This document shows positions 11,006 through 21,781 of a stretch of 64,000 bases of DNA, piece after piece. Both the position numbers and the translations under genes were made by a program. The DNA is taken from the NCBI GenBank assembly GCA_000002435.2, contig CM018793.1, one strand, 5' to 3'. Position 1 is the first letter of the stretch; every line of letters starts with the position of its first letter. The notes under the pieces are model-generated. The model had not been told where the DNA came from, did not search any database, and was given only the letters and a program-made list of their open reading frames with translations. The DNA is from Giardia intestinalis (lineage: Eukaryota).

Positions 11006-12309
11006 TCCATTTTGGGATTTGTACGCGATGGTAGGGCACAAGCCACGTCGAGTGAACTCTTTACAAACCTTTCAACGCTAAGCTCACAAATCGTAGCAAG
11101 CATGCAGGCGACGTCATCTACCAAAGGTAGTTCAGCTGAGTTCTCATCTATAGCCCTTGACTGAGTACCACTCGATCCAATAAACTCTTCCAGTGAAAAC
11201 GAGTTGAAGGGTTTATATACTAAGAAATTGAGGCCTATGGCTTTGAAGAACTTAGTTGTTTCAGTTGACCACATGAAAGAGTTATGATAACGAACAGTCA
11301 AGTTCGACGGGAGCAAGCTTGGACTTGAATATTTCCAGAAATCATCCTGAGAACGAGCTAGCATGAGAGAAAGGTATGCTAGTAGCAAAAGAATGCAGAC
11401 ATATCGACAGGGAGACAGAAGATTCCTTGATATGCTGCTGTTAGAAGACGCTGCTGGTATAGGCATAAAGGCATGGAAGCCGCAGAGAGGTATTGGATAA
11501 AGGGTGGATAGGCGTGTAGATAACTCAATCCATGGAGTAATTAAAGGATGGTCCAACTTGTAGCCTTGGAAAACCAAACATAGTGATGCAATCTGGGTAA
11601 ATGCTGTCCTAACATCAAAGAGCAATCGTGCCCGTGTCATTGGAGAAAGGATGAGAATGGGGAGAATTCGGTAGCACCTGGAAACAAGTAGGAGAGACGG
11701 AGGCTTTTGGGCCGTGTCCCTACTTTCCAGGTACAAAGTGATACATGAAGGCATCACAAGTTCTCCCGCTAGCTCAGCTGCAAGGACATAGGTTGCAATA
11801 GCCATTGCCTTAGGACGAGATAACAAAGTTAAGATGCTGGATGATGAGATGTTTGGCTCTAGACCATTGGCTTGACACTCTAAAATCGCATTTGCTACAA
11901 AGTTGGCATGAATACTAGAGAAGGTGCCAGGGTCTTCAGCAATGACGGTCCGGAAATGTTGATATATCCCTAGGACTGACGAGCAAGCACGCTTCCAAAT
12001 AGCTGATAGAGTCTTGCTAGGCAGAGAAAATTGTCGGAGTCTTCGAGAGTACTTATTATATGACAATCTCAGTTCTTTGAGCCCTTCATCATCAAGCTGC
12101 ACTTTTCTGCGCGTGTGCTTCTTTATAGAACGACGTGGTTTCACTGTTTGCGTGGTTATCCACTTGTTCTTCAGTGTCTCTGTAAATTGCTCAGGAGTCA
12201 CGAACTGTGCGCTCTCGTTGTCTTGGATATATTTGCAGCGCCTGCACAAGTATATGGTCCCGTCGCCCTGCAATTCTAATGTGTCCAGATGACAGCGAGG
12301 ACATCGCAT
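10987..12309 (-). CDS. hypothetical protein with N-terminal C4 zinc ribbon (TFIIB/Brf/Rrn7-like ribbon?)
   Basis: This is a 440-aa ORF. The ATG (reverse complement of CAT at 12307-12309) was verified. The N-terminus reads MRCPRCHLDTLELQGDGTIYLCRRCKY, giving C-x2-C...C-x2-C spacing like the TFIIB-family zinc ribbon. Its 3' end overlaps the convergent giant gene by 19 nt. Confidence 0.55.
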   Translation of the reverse strand: MRCPRCHLDTLELQGDGTIYLCRRCKYIQDNESAQFVTPEQFTETLKNKWITTQTVKPRRSIKKHTRRKVQLDDEGLKELRLSYNKYSRRLRQFSLPSKTLSAIWKRACSSVLGIYQHFRTVIAEDPGTFSSIHANFVANAILECQANGLEPNISSSSILTLLSRPKAMAIATYVLAAELAGELVMPSCITLYLESRDTAQKPPSLLLVSRCYRILPILILSPMTRARLLFDVRTAFTQIASLCLVFQGYKLDHPLITPWIELSTRLSTLYPIPLCGFHAFMPIPAASSNSSISRNLLSPCRYVCILLLLAYLSLMLARSQDDFWKYSSPSLLPSNLTVRYHNSFMWSTETTKFFKAIGLNFLVYKPFNSFSLEEFIGSSGTQSRAIDENSAELPLVDDVACMLATICELSVERFVKSSLDVACALPSRTNPKMDQSKLG

Positions 12310-13208
12310 TAGTCTGCGGTATATTTATTTGATTCAGGCTCTTGTCTGTGGAGCGCTTGACGGAATCTACAAGCCATTGCAAATAGCGAACCCATTCCCT
12401 GTGACTCTAGAAATAGGGGCTCGTCGCGGAGGCGTCTTAAAGAAAGGTACTCAAGAGGCTTTTTGCGCCGTATTCCTAACAAGGCTGCACTATATGCGTC
12501 CATGTGCTTGAGAATACCCTGTATCAATGTGTGAAGGCGTGCACCCAGTGGTAAAAAGACGATCATCAGCCTGACGTCTGTGCAGTGACGGAGAACATGC
12601 GCTGCCCGCCGAACGGTCTGAACTGCCATGACGGAAGCACGCTCTAGCTTTTCAATAGCTGCTGCCACTGCAGAAAGAAGCTCGTAGTACGCTTTCGGTG
12701 TCATTCTGCCCCTTGGAACACACCTTTCGAGAGACCAGTCCTTGCGCAAGACCTGATTCGTCAACGAAGTGGCACGTTGCAGAAAATGGTGGACTGGCAG
12801 GCGCCTATAAGAGCTGAAAGATATCTTCAAATATGCATGTGTCTCTCTGACTACTTTGAGGGTTTCGGGGGCTGAAATTGCCTGTTTTAACGCTATAAAC
12901 GAGCTGTGTAAAAGACTCATATTGAGCTTTTCAGGTACAAAACTAGGGTAATCTTCTCCATTAACCATTCTCCAGAGAGAAAACGTGTCTGCAGACATGG
13001 CTCGGATTCTTTTGAATTGGTGGTAGTTTTCAAGAGTACTTGATGGCTCAGCTGGTAATGGAGAAACGTCGCACACTTTACGTGTACATCTTCCAGACTT
13101 TGCAGAAGCAGTATCAAAGCTCTGATGTTTTTCACAGAATGTCAGTCTGACCCTGTAATGAGAAATTGAGGGTTGGCCATGAATTGAGGCATGATTACAT
13201 ACACACAT
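12309..13208 (-). CDS. hypothetical protein; start uncertain
   Basis: The ORF runs 12309..13349, but the first codon at 13349 is GTG. In-frame ATGs lie at 13208 and 12998. The stop TAA (12311-12309) shares one base with the ATG of the downstream zinc-ribbon gene (TAATG). Confidence 0.4.
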   Translation of the reverse strand: MCVCNHASIHGQPSISHYRVRLTFCEKHQSFDTASAKSGRCTRKVCDVSPLPAEPSSTLENYHQFKRIRAMSADTFSLWRMVNGEDYPSFVPEKLNMSLLHSSFIALKQAISAPETLKVVRETHAYLKISFSSYRRLPVHHFLQRATSLTNQVLRKDWSLERCVPRGRMTPKAYYELLSAVAAAIEKLERASVMAVQTVRRAAHVLRHCTDVRLMIVFLPLGARLHTLIQGILKHMDAYSAALLGIRRKKPLEYLSLRRLRDEPLFLESQGMGSLFAMACRFRQALHRQEPESNKYTAD

Positions 13209-13731
13209 GTGTACCTTTATTAGCCTCCGCTTTGGGAAAAGAGCACTACAACAAGAGTGTAACTGTATAAGCTTTCGATCTAAGGAGCGCCTGCCCTCCA
13301 GAATACTTACAGAAATATTGCTAGAATACACGCTTATGTGATAGGCCACTGGATTGATAGCAATTCTAGACCGTTGATATAAAGGTTATGTTTACTATTT
13401 ATCTTCACAAAAGTACATTGCCTTGGGAGAGATAATAGCATAAATCAGAAAAATGCAGTGAGCACCGTATTCATTGTAATCACTACATGATTTATATAAC
13501 GTATCATCATCAATTCATATTGATAGCCTGCAATTGCATAGCGAGCAATATCAAGTTCTTTCAAATTAACTGCGTGAAGCTCAAAAACACAATATGCACT
13601 AGAGTAGTATTTACATATTACATGAAGACCACACAAACCTTTCTAAAAGGTCTCTCAGAGGGGTACAGCTATTATTTTGATAAATTATCCTGATAACTTG
13701 TACTGGGTCTCTGTCCTTTTATAGAGCACGG

Positions 13732-16700
13732 CTACCCTTTTGATGACTTGGCGTGTCGCTGATGATAACTCGCTACGACCACGTCATCAGTAAGAAGAGT
13801 GCGGTACAGTGGGCAATAGAGGTGCTCTAGCTGCCACATTGTAAGAAAGACAATAGAGTATATCTGGTGTTTGTGTAGGGTATTTCCATATACATGCAAT
13901 GTCGATACTTTTGTATACAGGTACCCGGCTGTCATGATGGAAAATCGGCGCCAGAAGCGATTAAAGAATTCGCGCGTGCTGGCGATAAGGTCCATAAGGG
14001 GAAGAAACACGCCATAAGTTGCTTCACGCGCACTTGTGCACGCATTGAGTAGCGCATTCTCGGTAGCGACCACTTGGCCGTACACCATACTGTTCTCTGG
14101 AATATAGAATTGCAAGCAGTCGACCACCAACTTGTATAGTGACCTTATCATGTAAAAGAATGCCTCCGTGGGGAGGTCTCCACGTAACTCCATTTGACTT
14201 ACTGTTGAGTATATGTCACAAACAAAGAGGGGGTTGTTTATATCCCTCATGAACCTAGCAAGGTCTCCTCGTCTGGAGCCTCTATCAAGAGACTGTGCGC
14301 AGCTAAACGCCTGAGCAATTCTCTGATTCTTCGGGTTACGGGACTCCTCGTCCAACAAATTATGAAGGAAGTTAAGCAGACAATCATAAGCGCATGCCTC
14401 TATTGACGATGTATATTGCAGTACATACAGAAGTTCCCGCTGTATTTCTGAAGTGGCGTGGTGGATATCGTCGCGAGTTAAGGCAGCGTCGGTTGCGTCC
14501 TTGAAAAGTTCAGTAGTGTAATAGATAGGGTTTGCTGCAGTGTATCTCCTATACGGATCTTGCGCAGTGCTGGATGAGACTGCCTCCAATAAAAGCGGAT
14601 CCTTGAAGATATATGTGTTAAATTTTGTCGTGGTGAGGGTGACCTCTATGGACTCACAATAGAACGCATTAGCAAGTTCTAAGAAGTCCTTATAAATGTC
14701 AGTGACAGAGCACTCTAAAAGGTGGAAGATTGGTTGGTCATCTAAATCGTAAAACTTGCGCTGGATGGAGCCGATAGGTCCTCTGTTGGCATCAAGTTGC
14801 AGATTGATTGACTGGCTCATCTTGGTCACTAATTCTATAACGCATAGCTGCCTTTTGTATTTAAGGTCTTTGCTTACGGTAATTTGGAAATAGGATTGTA
14901 GAGGTTTCAGTTGAAGTGCTTGTATAGAGTCACTGGGCGCAGCTAATATATCAATCCACCTACCTCTTACAGAAGCCTTTTTGTCAGAGGATTTATCGAA
15001 GAATGACGTCAGTGGGAAGAGATGAGTATGAGATTGGATTGACTCCCTGAGTGCATCAGCCAAAGCAAGATTCATGTTACCACGTGTGTAGTCGGCATAG
15101 TGTGCTGCAGTCATGCTGATATTGTGTACAACAACAATGCCGTCTTTAGATGTGCTGTAGTGATTGGGTGAAAGCTCAGGAAGTTGCGTAGGTGGATAGG
15201 TCTTGGATTCACGAGTAAGTTGTGTATGCTGTCGGTTGAAGAACCCATCTACCAGGTTTCCATACGCTAAAATCTGCCTCCTTCTAATCCAGAAGTCAAA
15301 TATCAGCTCTACTTGTGTTCTGTTCTCAACAGGGTAGCTCATTATATATTGAAATTTTGTTGCAGTAGAATCTTGGTCGGTACCAGGATTAGATTTAGTT
15401 GCTCTTTGTTTTGATAGCACATCTCTTGAGCGACCCATACCATTTAAAAAGGTTGCAGGGCTCAGCAGAAAAGCTAGTGAACGTATTCTTTTAGAGCTTG
15501 TATGCGGAAAGACTAAAATGCTTCCTGTCCTATTTGTAGAGGTTAGTTGGACCATGGGAAGAGAAAGCTGAAGAAAGGCTCTATTCTGCGCTGGTGTCCA
15601 GATGTTTTTATAGCGCTCTATGCGACTAATAAGCTCTACATTTGTGTAGTACTTTTTCTCCTGGGTGATAGAGTAGAGGACATGGTACGGGTATGCAGGC
15701 AAGGAAGTTGAAGGAGTGGAGACATGGCTATTTAGAAGAGGTGTATCTTGACTTGCTGATGTGTGCATAACAAGGCTACGTTGGAAGTCCCCACCTAACT
15801 CCTTGTACTTATCATTCAGTGGTAGGTCAGCTTGAGGAGCATTAAACACATCTTCATTATTTGTGACACCTATCTTCTCGCCGCTTGGGTCTGCCAAATA
15901 CTTCTGCAAATAGTCTATCTCGTAAGTCAGGGCATTAAACGATCCCGAGTAGCGGCAAATATTCAAATCTGGAATACACTTACACCCATTGGCTTTATTC
16001 CTAACTAAACCATTGAGGTAGTTCCCCCGTATCTCTCCACCTATTACACTGTGTCCCAGAGCCTGGATGGACATGAATGGAGAATCGGTATACAAGTAAC
16101 AAGGTATTTCACCTAAAGCAATCCTATGCCTTTCTATGGTCCGCATTTGCCCATCTCCAAAGACAGACGCTACCAAAACACGTCCAGAGGGCTCCTTTAG
16201 GACCTTCAGAATGTCGTCATCTATTATTCCATTGTGGCGTCCCTCCAAGAAATCGATATGTTTGTGCATTTTGACTTCTAGAAACAAATCTCTTTCGCGA
16301 TATTGTCTATCTATGTGGTTGAGTTGATAGGCATTCATTGCATACATCTGTTCCACTGTGAGAAACTGGGTGATGCAGCTACGACTGAGTAGCTCTATCA
16401 TGTGAAATACATACTTTATTAGGGTAAGCCTACTATTCGCAGGATCTGCTTTAGACGGGTTGATGTTTTGAGCACAACTTTTCTGGAATTCTATACAAAA
16501 AGTATACACATCAAATGGATGTATATGTATCGCTAGCTTTTTCCGTAGCACTGGATCTAGAATGGTTACGTCATCCTGGCCCTCAGAAGGATCTATTTTG
16601 GCGTACACGCGAGACCCTTCTTCTGTTCTAAGATAATAGTTATATTTTTGCACCAGTGTATCGATTGCTGTTTCGAAGAATTCCTTATAAAGAAGCAGAT

Positions 16701-19700
16701 CCATTGCAAGGTCACGCTTTGCTGGTGTCAAGGACGCGCTTGCTGGCCTCTTCACTCTCGACTGTTCGGTGATCTCTTCAAAGTCATTTTCTGTGGTTAG
16801 ATATCCGTACAGTTGGGTAGAGTCTGTCAAGGAAGCTGGAAAATGCGCAGTAACGGGAATATATGAAGCTGTTGGATAAACACTTAGCTCTTTTGTCTCA
16901 TCATCCGCACCATCTGCTATATCCTGTGCAACGTTAACCGTGGATACATCCAAATCAGCATTCTTATTATTGTGAGAGTGCCTCCGTCTTCTTCTTCGCC
17001 GTCTAGTCTTTATTTCTTGCTTCTTCTCAGTGTCTGACTTTTCTAAGTCTGCAGAAGCGAAGGTATCCTGTGTTTCGGCATGCAATTCATGACTTTTCTT
17101 TCTTCTTACTTTCCTATGCTTTCTGATGGATACTTCCCCTATAGAAGGCATCTCTTTCTTTTCTTTCTCAGATTGTAGTTGCATGGTGGATCTGCTTCTT
17201 TCCCTTTTAACTTTTGGTTGTGGACTTTCAGCATTGTGTTCTTCAGTTCCTGACAAGTTTGCTTTCTTGCTCTTGGTCTTTGATACCTTCTTCAGTTCAG
17301 GTTCTGCGCCATCTACATTCTTACGCTTAATCCCTTTGGTGCGCTTTAAGTCTTTCTGATCTGATCTTTGTACATCTTGTAAGCCTTGTTTATTATCAAG
17401 CCGTTCCTTAGTCTTTCCAGAAAGCTTTTTATTTTGCTTCATATGGTCTTTTGCAATCACAAAAAGCCTATAACGAAAAAGAAACTCACTGGGGTAACCT
17501 GTCTCTAGGACAGAAAACATGTACCTATCGAGTGTGAGCAAGTTTTTTGTTTTAGAAATGATATCAATAAATCCTAGTAATTCGTGGATTGCAATCCCAA
17601 ACACTCGAAGCGTTTGAAAAATAGTAGTGTCCTTTTTGGGAGCTTGGTCCTTATCTAGCATGGCCATCTTTGCGTGGCAAACCACGTTAGGAAGCCTCAT
17701 TGGTGGCTCAAGAGTGCTTAGCTCATCAATATACTCCTTTAGCTTTTCATCTGAGACTCGGAGTTTTGCTGTTTCTTCTGAGAAAGAGCTCTCCCCTAAC
17801 TTGATAAAGCGCGCATACAAACCAATGGTTGAGTATGGGGAAATGTACACCTTTTCCATAGGATAAAACGTCGATCCTTCTAACGACGAAGCTATTACGC
17901 TGTATATGTTATTAAGCATACTGGCGATCCCTGCCTTTTGGTTTGTAGCATATGGGAAGACGTGCATGCGATTTTTGAAGAGCAAATCACGACTACCGCA
18001 AGGCTCTCTAAATAGATCTTCAACTCCTGCAGTATCTGCCCCATACTTAAGCTGGCGCGAACCAAAGCTCCGGATTCCCGCCACATCAGCATGACTGTAT
18101 GTAAGCAAGAACCGCATATCACGCAAAGCCTGCAGGTATGAAGCTCTATAATCAGTGTAGAAAGAAATTACTAGCCGAGACCAGCCAATGAAGCGGTCGA
18201 GCAGAAATGAACCTGGTCGTTCGTCGTTAATAACAGCCTGTAATAGATAAGTTTCTGAGCTTGTTTTGCGCAGAAAATTGTCTACAAATCCTCCAGTTGA
18301 AAGAACATTTTCAAACATGAGTATCTCGATAGGGTCACTATAGGATTTGAGGGGTAGCTTTTTAATATTCGCCTCCTTTGCGTTAACGGCATAATATCGC
18401 GAGTTGAAGACGATATTCTTATAAACATCCTTCATAAAATTCACCTTAAAGAGCTTCTTACTGAGCTCTGAGGTTAGTTCGCTAAACGTGATTCTATTGC
18501 ATGTGTCCGTTGGTGTCTCATCAATAAGTCTGTCCAACATATAAAGAAGCCGCCTCCTAATAAAGTTCTCTATGTTCCACACAGATAGGACATGAGGAAT
18601 GGTATCGCATTGGTACTGTGCTCCTTTTTTGTATACACCAACAGATAGGCTTGTCTCAGTGGCTGACTCCTTTCCAGTTTGCTTCTTTTGAAGCCGCGAT
18701 GATGCTGTCACACGTTCTGTGTTCATACTACTGTCACTGTTATCTATATCTTGTAACTCGAATTGATCTTCTGCATCCAACTGGCTGATCTCTTCACCTT
18801 TTTCTGAGACAGAATTCCGAGATGCTGATGACGTGCTTCTCTCATCACTTTCACTAACATCTAGAACGCGTTTTAGAAGGTTTTTATCTACATGCCTAAC
18901 CGCCTCTGAGTCATCAAAGTCGCCTCGTATGGCAGCTATTTTGCTTCGATAATCGGCGAACTTGACGGCCTGAACGCGTCTTATATGTTTTTTCGTCGGA
19001 AGCTGCATCGAAAAGGATGGGAGAGGATGCATTTGACCGAGGAGTGCAACGGTTGGGAGTTCTCTAAGCACCCAGTATGTTTTAAAAAGAGGCGCCTGCT
19101 GTGTGTCTTGAATATCTAGTGGTGCAGAGCTATTACTCACTTTTTGGGCAGTATCTTTTTTAATAGCAGAAGACTTCGGATCGTTGTTCTTCAAAGGATT
19201 GATCGGAGTAGGGGTGATGGTGGGATCGGCAGCATACGGGGTTGAAAGTAACGGATGCGAAATGGCACGTTGTCTTTGTTGCTGCTTAATGAATTGCTTG
19301 AAGTTTTCATTATCAGAGTCGCTTTGCTCACGTGTGTAGATCTTCTCTCGGTTCTTAACTAGAAGAAATCTGTTGCGCTGACCGTAAAAGCAGCACGGAG
19401 TATGTCCGTGGGGTCCAACTAAGAAAATTGCTGCTCGCTTGGCGGGACTGTATCTGCCCGTTAAACATTGAGTTAACAAATGCACATTAGGAATAGTATC
19501 TGTCTTATATATTTGTGTTTTCAGAATTGGTGGGGTTAGGTACATGCTTTTTTCCTCCAATTCATTAGCGAGCATATCATCATACAGCTCCTTCTGTGCT
19601 TCAGCAACTCTTTGCATGTTCTTAGTATAGAATTCTGTAAAGCCAGGGTTCTTAGTTAAGTCATCAATGGAGTCTCTGTAGGCAGATAAGAATTGCAGAT

Positions 19701-21753
19701 TATGGAGGTTTAAATCTCTAGATAAGGGAACACTGATGCTAGACAAGCTACAAGAATAGCGGTCCGAGTCATAAGACTCCGATAGAACAGATTGCTGACA
19801 CTCTGAAGCATTGCAGAAGTAGTTTGTATCTCCTAAAAAGGATGTTTCCTGATGTTGCTTGTTGTCATTACACAAGGTAGGGTGAATGTCATAATTATCA
19901 CAAAGGTCCCCAAGACAATCCATGTTTCCTAGTATACAATTAGAATCTTCACATAGCTCTGGATTATCAAAATTGAAGGAATCGTTGGACGTGTTGCTTA
20001 GACTAAAGCTACAAGCTTCCAAAGCATTATCCATGTGTTCTTCTACATCATATGCCGCTTCTAATAGCACATCTTCTAGTGCCACCTGAGCACTAGTGTG
20101 AGTTGTTTTTTTAGTACTTGAATGGGTGGGACTTGCTCGCTGAGGGAGACTATAAGCAGTAGTGGAGGGCTCTATATAGTCATCTATCCATGCAGTGGGG
20201 AAGAGGAACAGCTCAGGTTTTTCGGAATAAAATCTGTGGAGAGCATACTTCTCTATTGCCTTCTTCTGATATTCAGGGAAGCCGTGAAAAATAGCAAGTC
20301 GATAGGCCATTCCTGGAAGACAGCACGCAAGAGAGAATGAATCCATGTGCTCTGCCACGAACATCCGTCCAGAGTATGCATACAAGTTACTACTGGAGAT
20401 CATGGATACACCCTTAATGATACCCAACCCAACAAGAACAGAAGAAACAGATGTAGTGCCAGACTTTCCACAATGAAGCCTTAGGCCAGGGACATCAAGA
20501 GTATAAAGAGGATTATCTGTTGTGGCATAGAAGCCGTTATGTGCGAGTACTTGAAGAGTCTTAGAGGTCATATTTCCCGTAGCAATAAGTGGACTAAGAT
20601 ACTCAGAAGGTATGATCTGAAGACTAGAGAGAATATCACGATATGAGTATACGGTGGTATTCATCTCTTCCTCTTTTAGAATGGCCAATTGAGAAAAAAT
20701 AGGGTCTTCTACGCTATTATCCACTTTTGACAATGGGCTACTTAAGTAAAATTGCTGATACACTGAAAATTGGAGAGGATCGCAAAGAACTGTGTTAGGA
20801 CCTCCCAATGTTACACTAAAGACAGCAAGAGAGTTGTTAAACATAGGCTTGTGATATGTATAGAGTGAGGGGCCTATTGTGGACAGGGTAAAAGCTCCCA
20901 GAGAAGGGCTTTTGCTAGTGCACCAAATGTAATCTAAGAGTTTTTGGGAATAGAAGAGATTGGTGTCTGTGTAGGTTGAAGAATATTCCATAATCAAATT
21001 GCGAGACAAGAGCGTCATATCTATTGAAAGGCCATGCTCATTATAGTGGCCTGGGGATTTAAGTCCGAACTGTTGTTGCCACATGGAAAGTGATGATTGC
21101 TCCGAAAGAAATGAAGCGTACGCAAGCTTGATAGATAATTGAATAGCTGAAAGGTCAGTATTGAGAAGCTGTTGTAAAAAAGCTATGAGTAGAAATCGTT
21201 GTGAAGAAGGAAAACCATCATGATTAGTCGGGTAAAAACGAATTACTGCTAGTATAGTAGCTAGGGATATTTTCCTAGAAGATACTGCGCCTTGAACAAG
21301 TTGAAGCAGCATTTTTTCTGCTTGTAAAATAGATGAATTGCCATAGGAGTTCAACACTGCATATAGTAGAGCTCTGAGAAAAGGCATAAATTGGTTGGGT
21401 AAAAAAAGATCTGAATAGTGCGATAGAGTTGCTTGAGATGGCGACCTAGATACAGCCTTAAGATATTTGCAAGTAGTCTCTGTAGAGGTTGAGTGCCAGC
21501 GAGTATTATTACAAGGAATTAATCCAGTGCTCTGAATAAGTCCATCTTCTGTAAGTAGTAGCTGAGTATCGACAAAAGTAAGACCGTAGTTAGTAAGAAA
21601 TGGCTCTAGATGGGCCTCTCTATGATTGTTCTTCTTGACAGACAAAATGTCAAAGGGTTGAAAACCGCATATATGCTTAACAGAACCCACAAATTTGCTT
21701 GAGGCCACATTTGGCCATGATTCTAGTGAGTTCTCCGTTTTTTGATTTTGCAT
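13732..21753 (-). CDS. giant hypothetical protein (2673 aa) with internal K/R-rich region
   Basis: This is an uninterrupted 8-kb ORF. The ATG (reverse complement of CAT at 21751-21753) and the stop (CTA at 13732-13734) were verified. A basic stretch reads ...KRTKGIKRKNVDG...RKHRKVRRKK...KTRRRRRRRRHSHNN, which is NLS-like. I recognise no catalytic motif. Confidence 0.85.
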   Translation of the reverse strand: MQNQKTENSLESWPNVASSKFVGSVKHICGFQPFDILSVKKNNHREAHLEPFLTNYGLTFVDTQLLLTEDGLIQSTGLIPCNNTRWHSTSTETTCKYLKAVSRSPSQATLSHYSDLFLPNQFMPFLRALLYAVLNSYGNSSILQAEKMLLQLVQGAVSSRKISLATILAVIRFYPTNHDGFPSSQRFLLIAFLQQLLNTDLSAIQLSIKLAYASFLSEQSSLSMWQQQFGLKSPGHYNEHGLSIDMTLLSRNLIMEYSSTYTDTNLFYSQKLLDYIWCTSKSPSLGAFTLSTIGPSLYTYHKPMFNNSLAVFSVTLGGPNTVLCDPLQFSVYQQFYLSSPLSKVDNSVEDPIFSQLAILKEEEMNTTVYSYRDILSSLQIIPSEYLSPLIATGNMTSKTLQVLAHNGFYATTDNPLYTLDVPGLRLHCGKSGTTSVSSVLVGLGIIKGVSMISSSNLYAYSGRMFVAEHMDSFSLACCLPGMAYRLAIFHGFPEYQKKAIEKYALHRFYSEKPELFLFPTAWIDDYIEPSTTAYSLPQRASPTHSSTKKTTHTSAQVALEDVLLEAAYDVEEHMDNALEACSFSLSNTSNDSFNFDNPELCEDSNCILGNMDCLGDLCDNYDIHPTLCNDNKQHQETSFLGDTNYFCNASECQQSVLSESYDSDRYSCSLSSISVPLSRDLNLHNLQFLSAYRDSIDDLTKNPGFTEFYTKNMQRVAEAQKELYDDMLANELEEKSMYLTPPILKTQIYKTDTIPNVHLLTQCLTGRYSPAKRAAIFLVGPHGHTPCCFYGQRNRFLLVKNREKIYTREQSDSDNENFKQFIKQQQRQRAISHPLLSTPYAADPTITPTPINPLKNNDPKSSAIKKDTAQKVSNSSAPLDIQDTQQAPLFKTYWVLRELPTVALLGQMHPLPSFSMQLPTKKHIRRVQAVKFADYRSKIAAIRGDFDDSEAVRHVDKNLLKRVLDVSESDERSTSSASRNSVSEKGEEISQLDAEDQFELQDIDNSDSSMNTERVTASSRLQKKQTGKESATETSLSVGVYKKGAQYQCDTIPHVLSVWNIENFIRRRLLYMLDRLIDETPTDTCNRITFSELTSELSKKLFKVNFMKDVYKNIVFNSRYYAVNAKEANIKKLPLKSYSDPIEILMFENVLSTGGFVDNFLRKTSSETYLLQAVINDERPGSFLLDRFIGWSRLVISFYTDYRASYLQALRDMRFLLTYSHADVAGIRSFGSRQLKYGADTAGVEDLFREPCGSRDLLFKNRMHVFPYATNQKAGIASMLNNIYSVIASSLEGSTFYPMEKVYISPYSTIGLYARFIKLGESSFSEETAKLRVSDEKLKEYIDELSTLEPPMRLPNVVCHAKMAMLDKDQAPKKDTTIFQTLRVFGIAIHELLGFIDIISKTKNLLTLDRYMFSVLETGYPSEFLFRYRLFVIAKDHMKQNKKLSGKTKERLDNKQGLQDVQRSDQKDLKRTKGIKRKNVDGAEPELKKVSKTKSKKANLSGTEEHNAESPQPKVKRERSRSTMQLQSEKEKKEMPSIGEVSIRKHRKVRRKKSHELHAETQDTFASADLEKSDTEKKQEIKTRRRRRRRRHSHNNKNADLDVSTVNVAQDIADGADDETKELSVYPTASYIPVTAHFPASLTDSTQLYGYLTTENDFEEITEQSRVKRPASASLTPAKRDLAMDLLLYKEFFETAIDTLVQKYNYYLRTEEGSRVYAKIDPSEGQDDVTILDPVLRKKLAIHIHPFDVYTFCIEFQKSCAQNINPSKADPANSRLTLIKYVFHMIELLSRSCITQFLTVEQMYAMNAYQLNHIDRQYRERDLFLEVKMHKHIDFLEGRHNGIIDDDILKVLKEPSGRVLVASVFGDGQMRTIERHRIALGEIPCYLYTDSPFMSIQALGHSVIGGEIRGNYLNGLVRNKANGCKCIPDLNICRYSGSFNALTYEIDYLQKYLADPSGEKIGVTNNEDVFNAPQADLPLNDKYKELGGDFQRSLVMHTSASQDTPLLNSHVSTPSTSLPAYPYHVLYSITQEKKYYTNVELISRIERYKNIWTPAQNRAFLQLSLPMVQLTSTNRTGSILVFPHTSSKRIRSLAFLLSPATFLNGMGRSRDVLSKQRATKSNPGTDQDSTATKFQYIMSYPVENRTQVELIFDFWIRRRQILAYGNLVDGFFNRQHTQLTRESKTYPPTQLPELSPNHYSTSKDGIVVVHNISMTAAHYADYTRGNMNLALADALRESIQSHTHLFPLTSFFDKSSDKKASVRGRWIDILAAPSDSIQALQLKPLQSYFQITVSKDLKYKRQLCVIELVTKMSQSINLQLDANRGPIGSIQRKFYDLDDQPIFHLLECSVTDIYKDFLELANAFYCESIEVTLTTTKFNTYIFKDPLLLEAVSSSTAQDPYRRYTAANPIYYTTELFKDATDAALTRDDIHHATSEIQRELLYVLQYTSSIEACAYDCLLNFLHNLLDEESRNPKNQRIAQAFSCAQSLDRGSRRGDLARFMRDINNPLFVCDIYSTVSQMELRGDLPTEAFFYMIRSLYKLVVDCLQFYIPENSMVYGQVVATENALLNACTSAREATYGVFLPLMDLIASTREFFNRFWRRFSIMTAGYLYTKVSTLHVYGNTLHKHQIYSIVFLTMWQLEHLYCPLYRTLLTDDVVVASYHQRHAKSSKG

Positions 21754-21781
21754 TTACTTTGCTCTTAGGTCAGTTCAGCTT

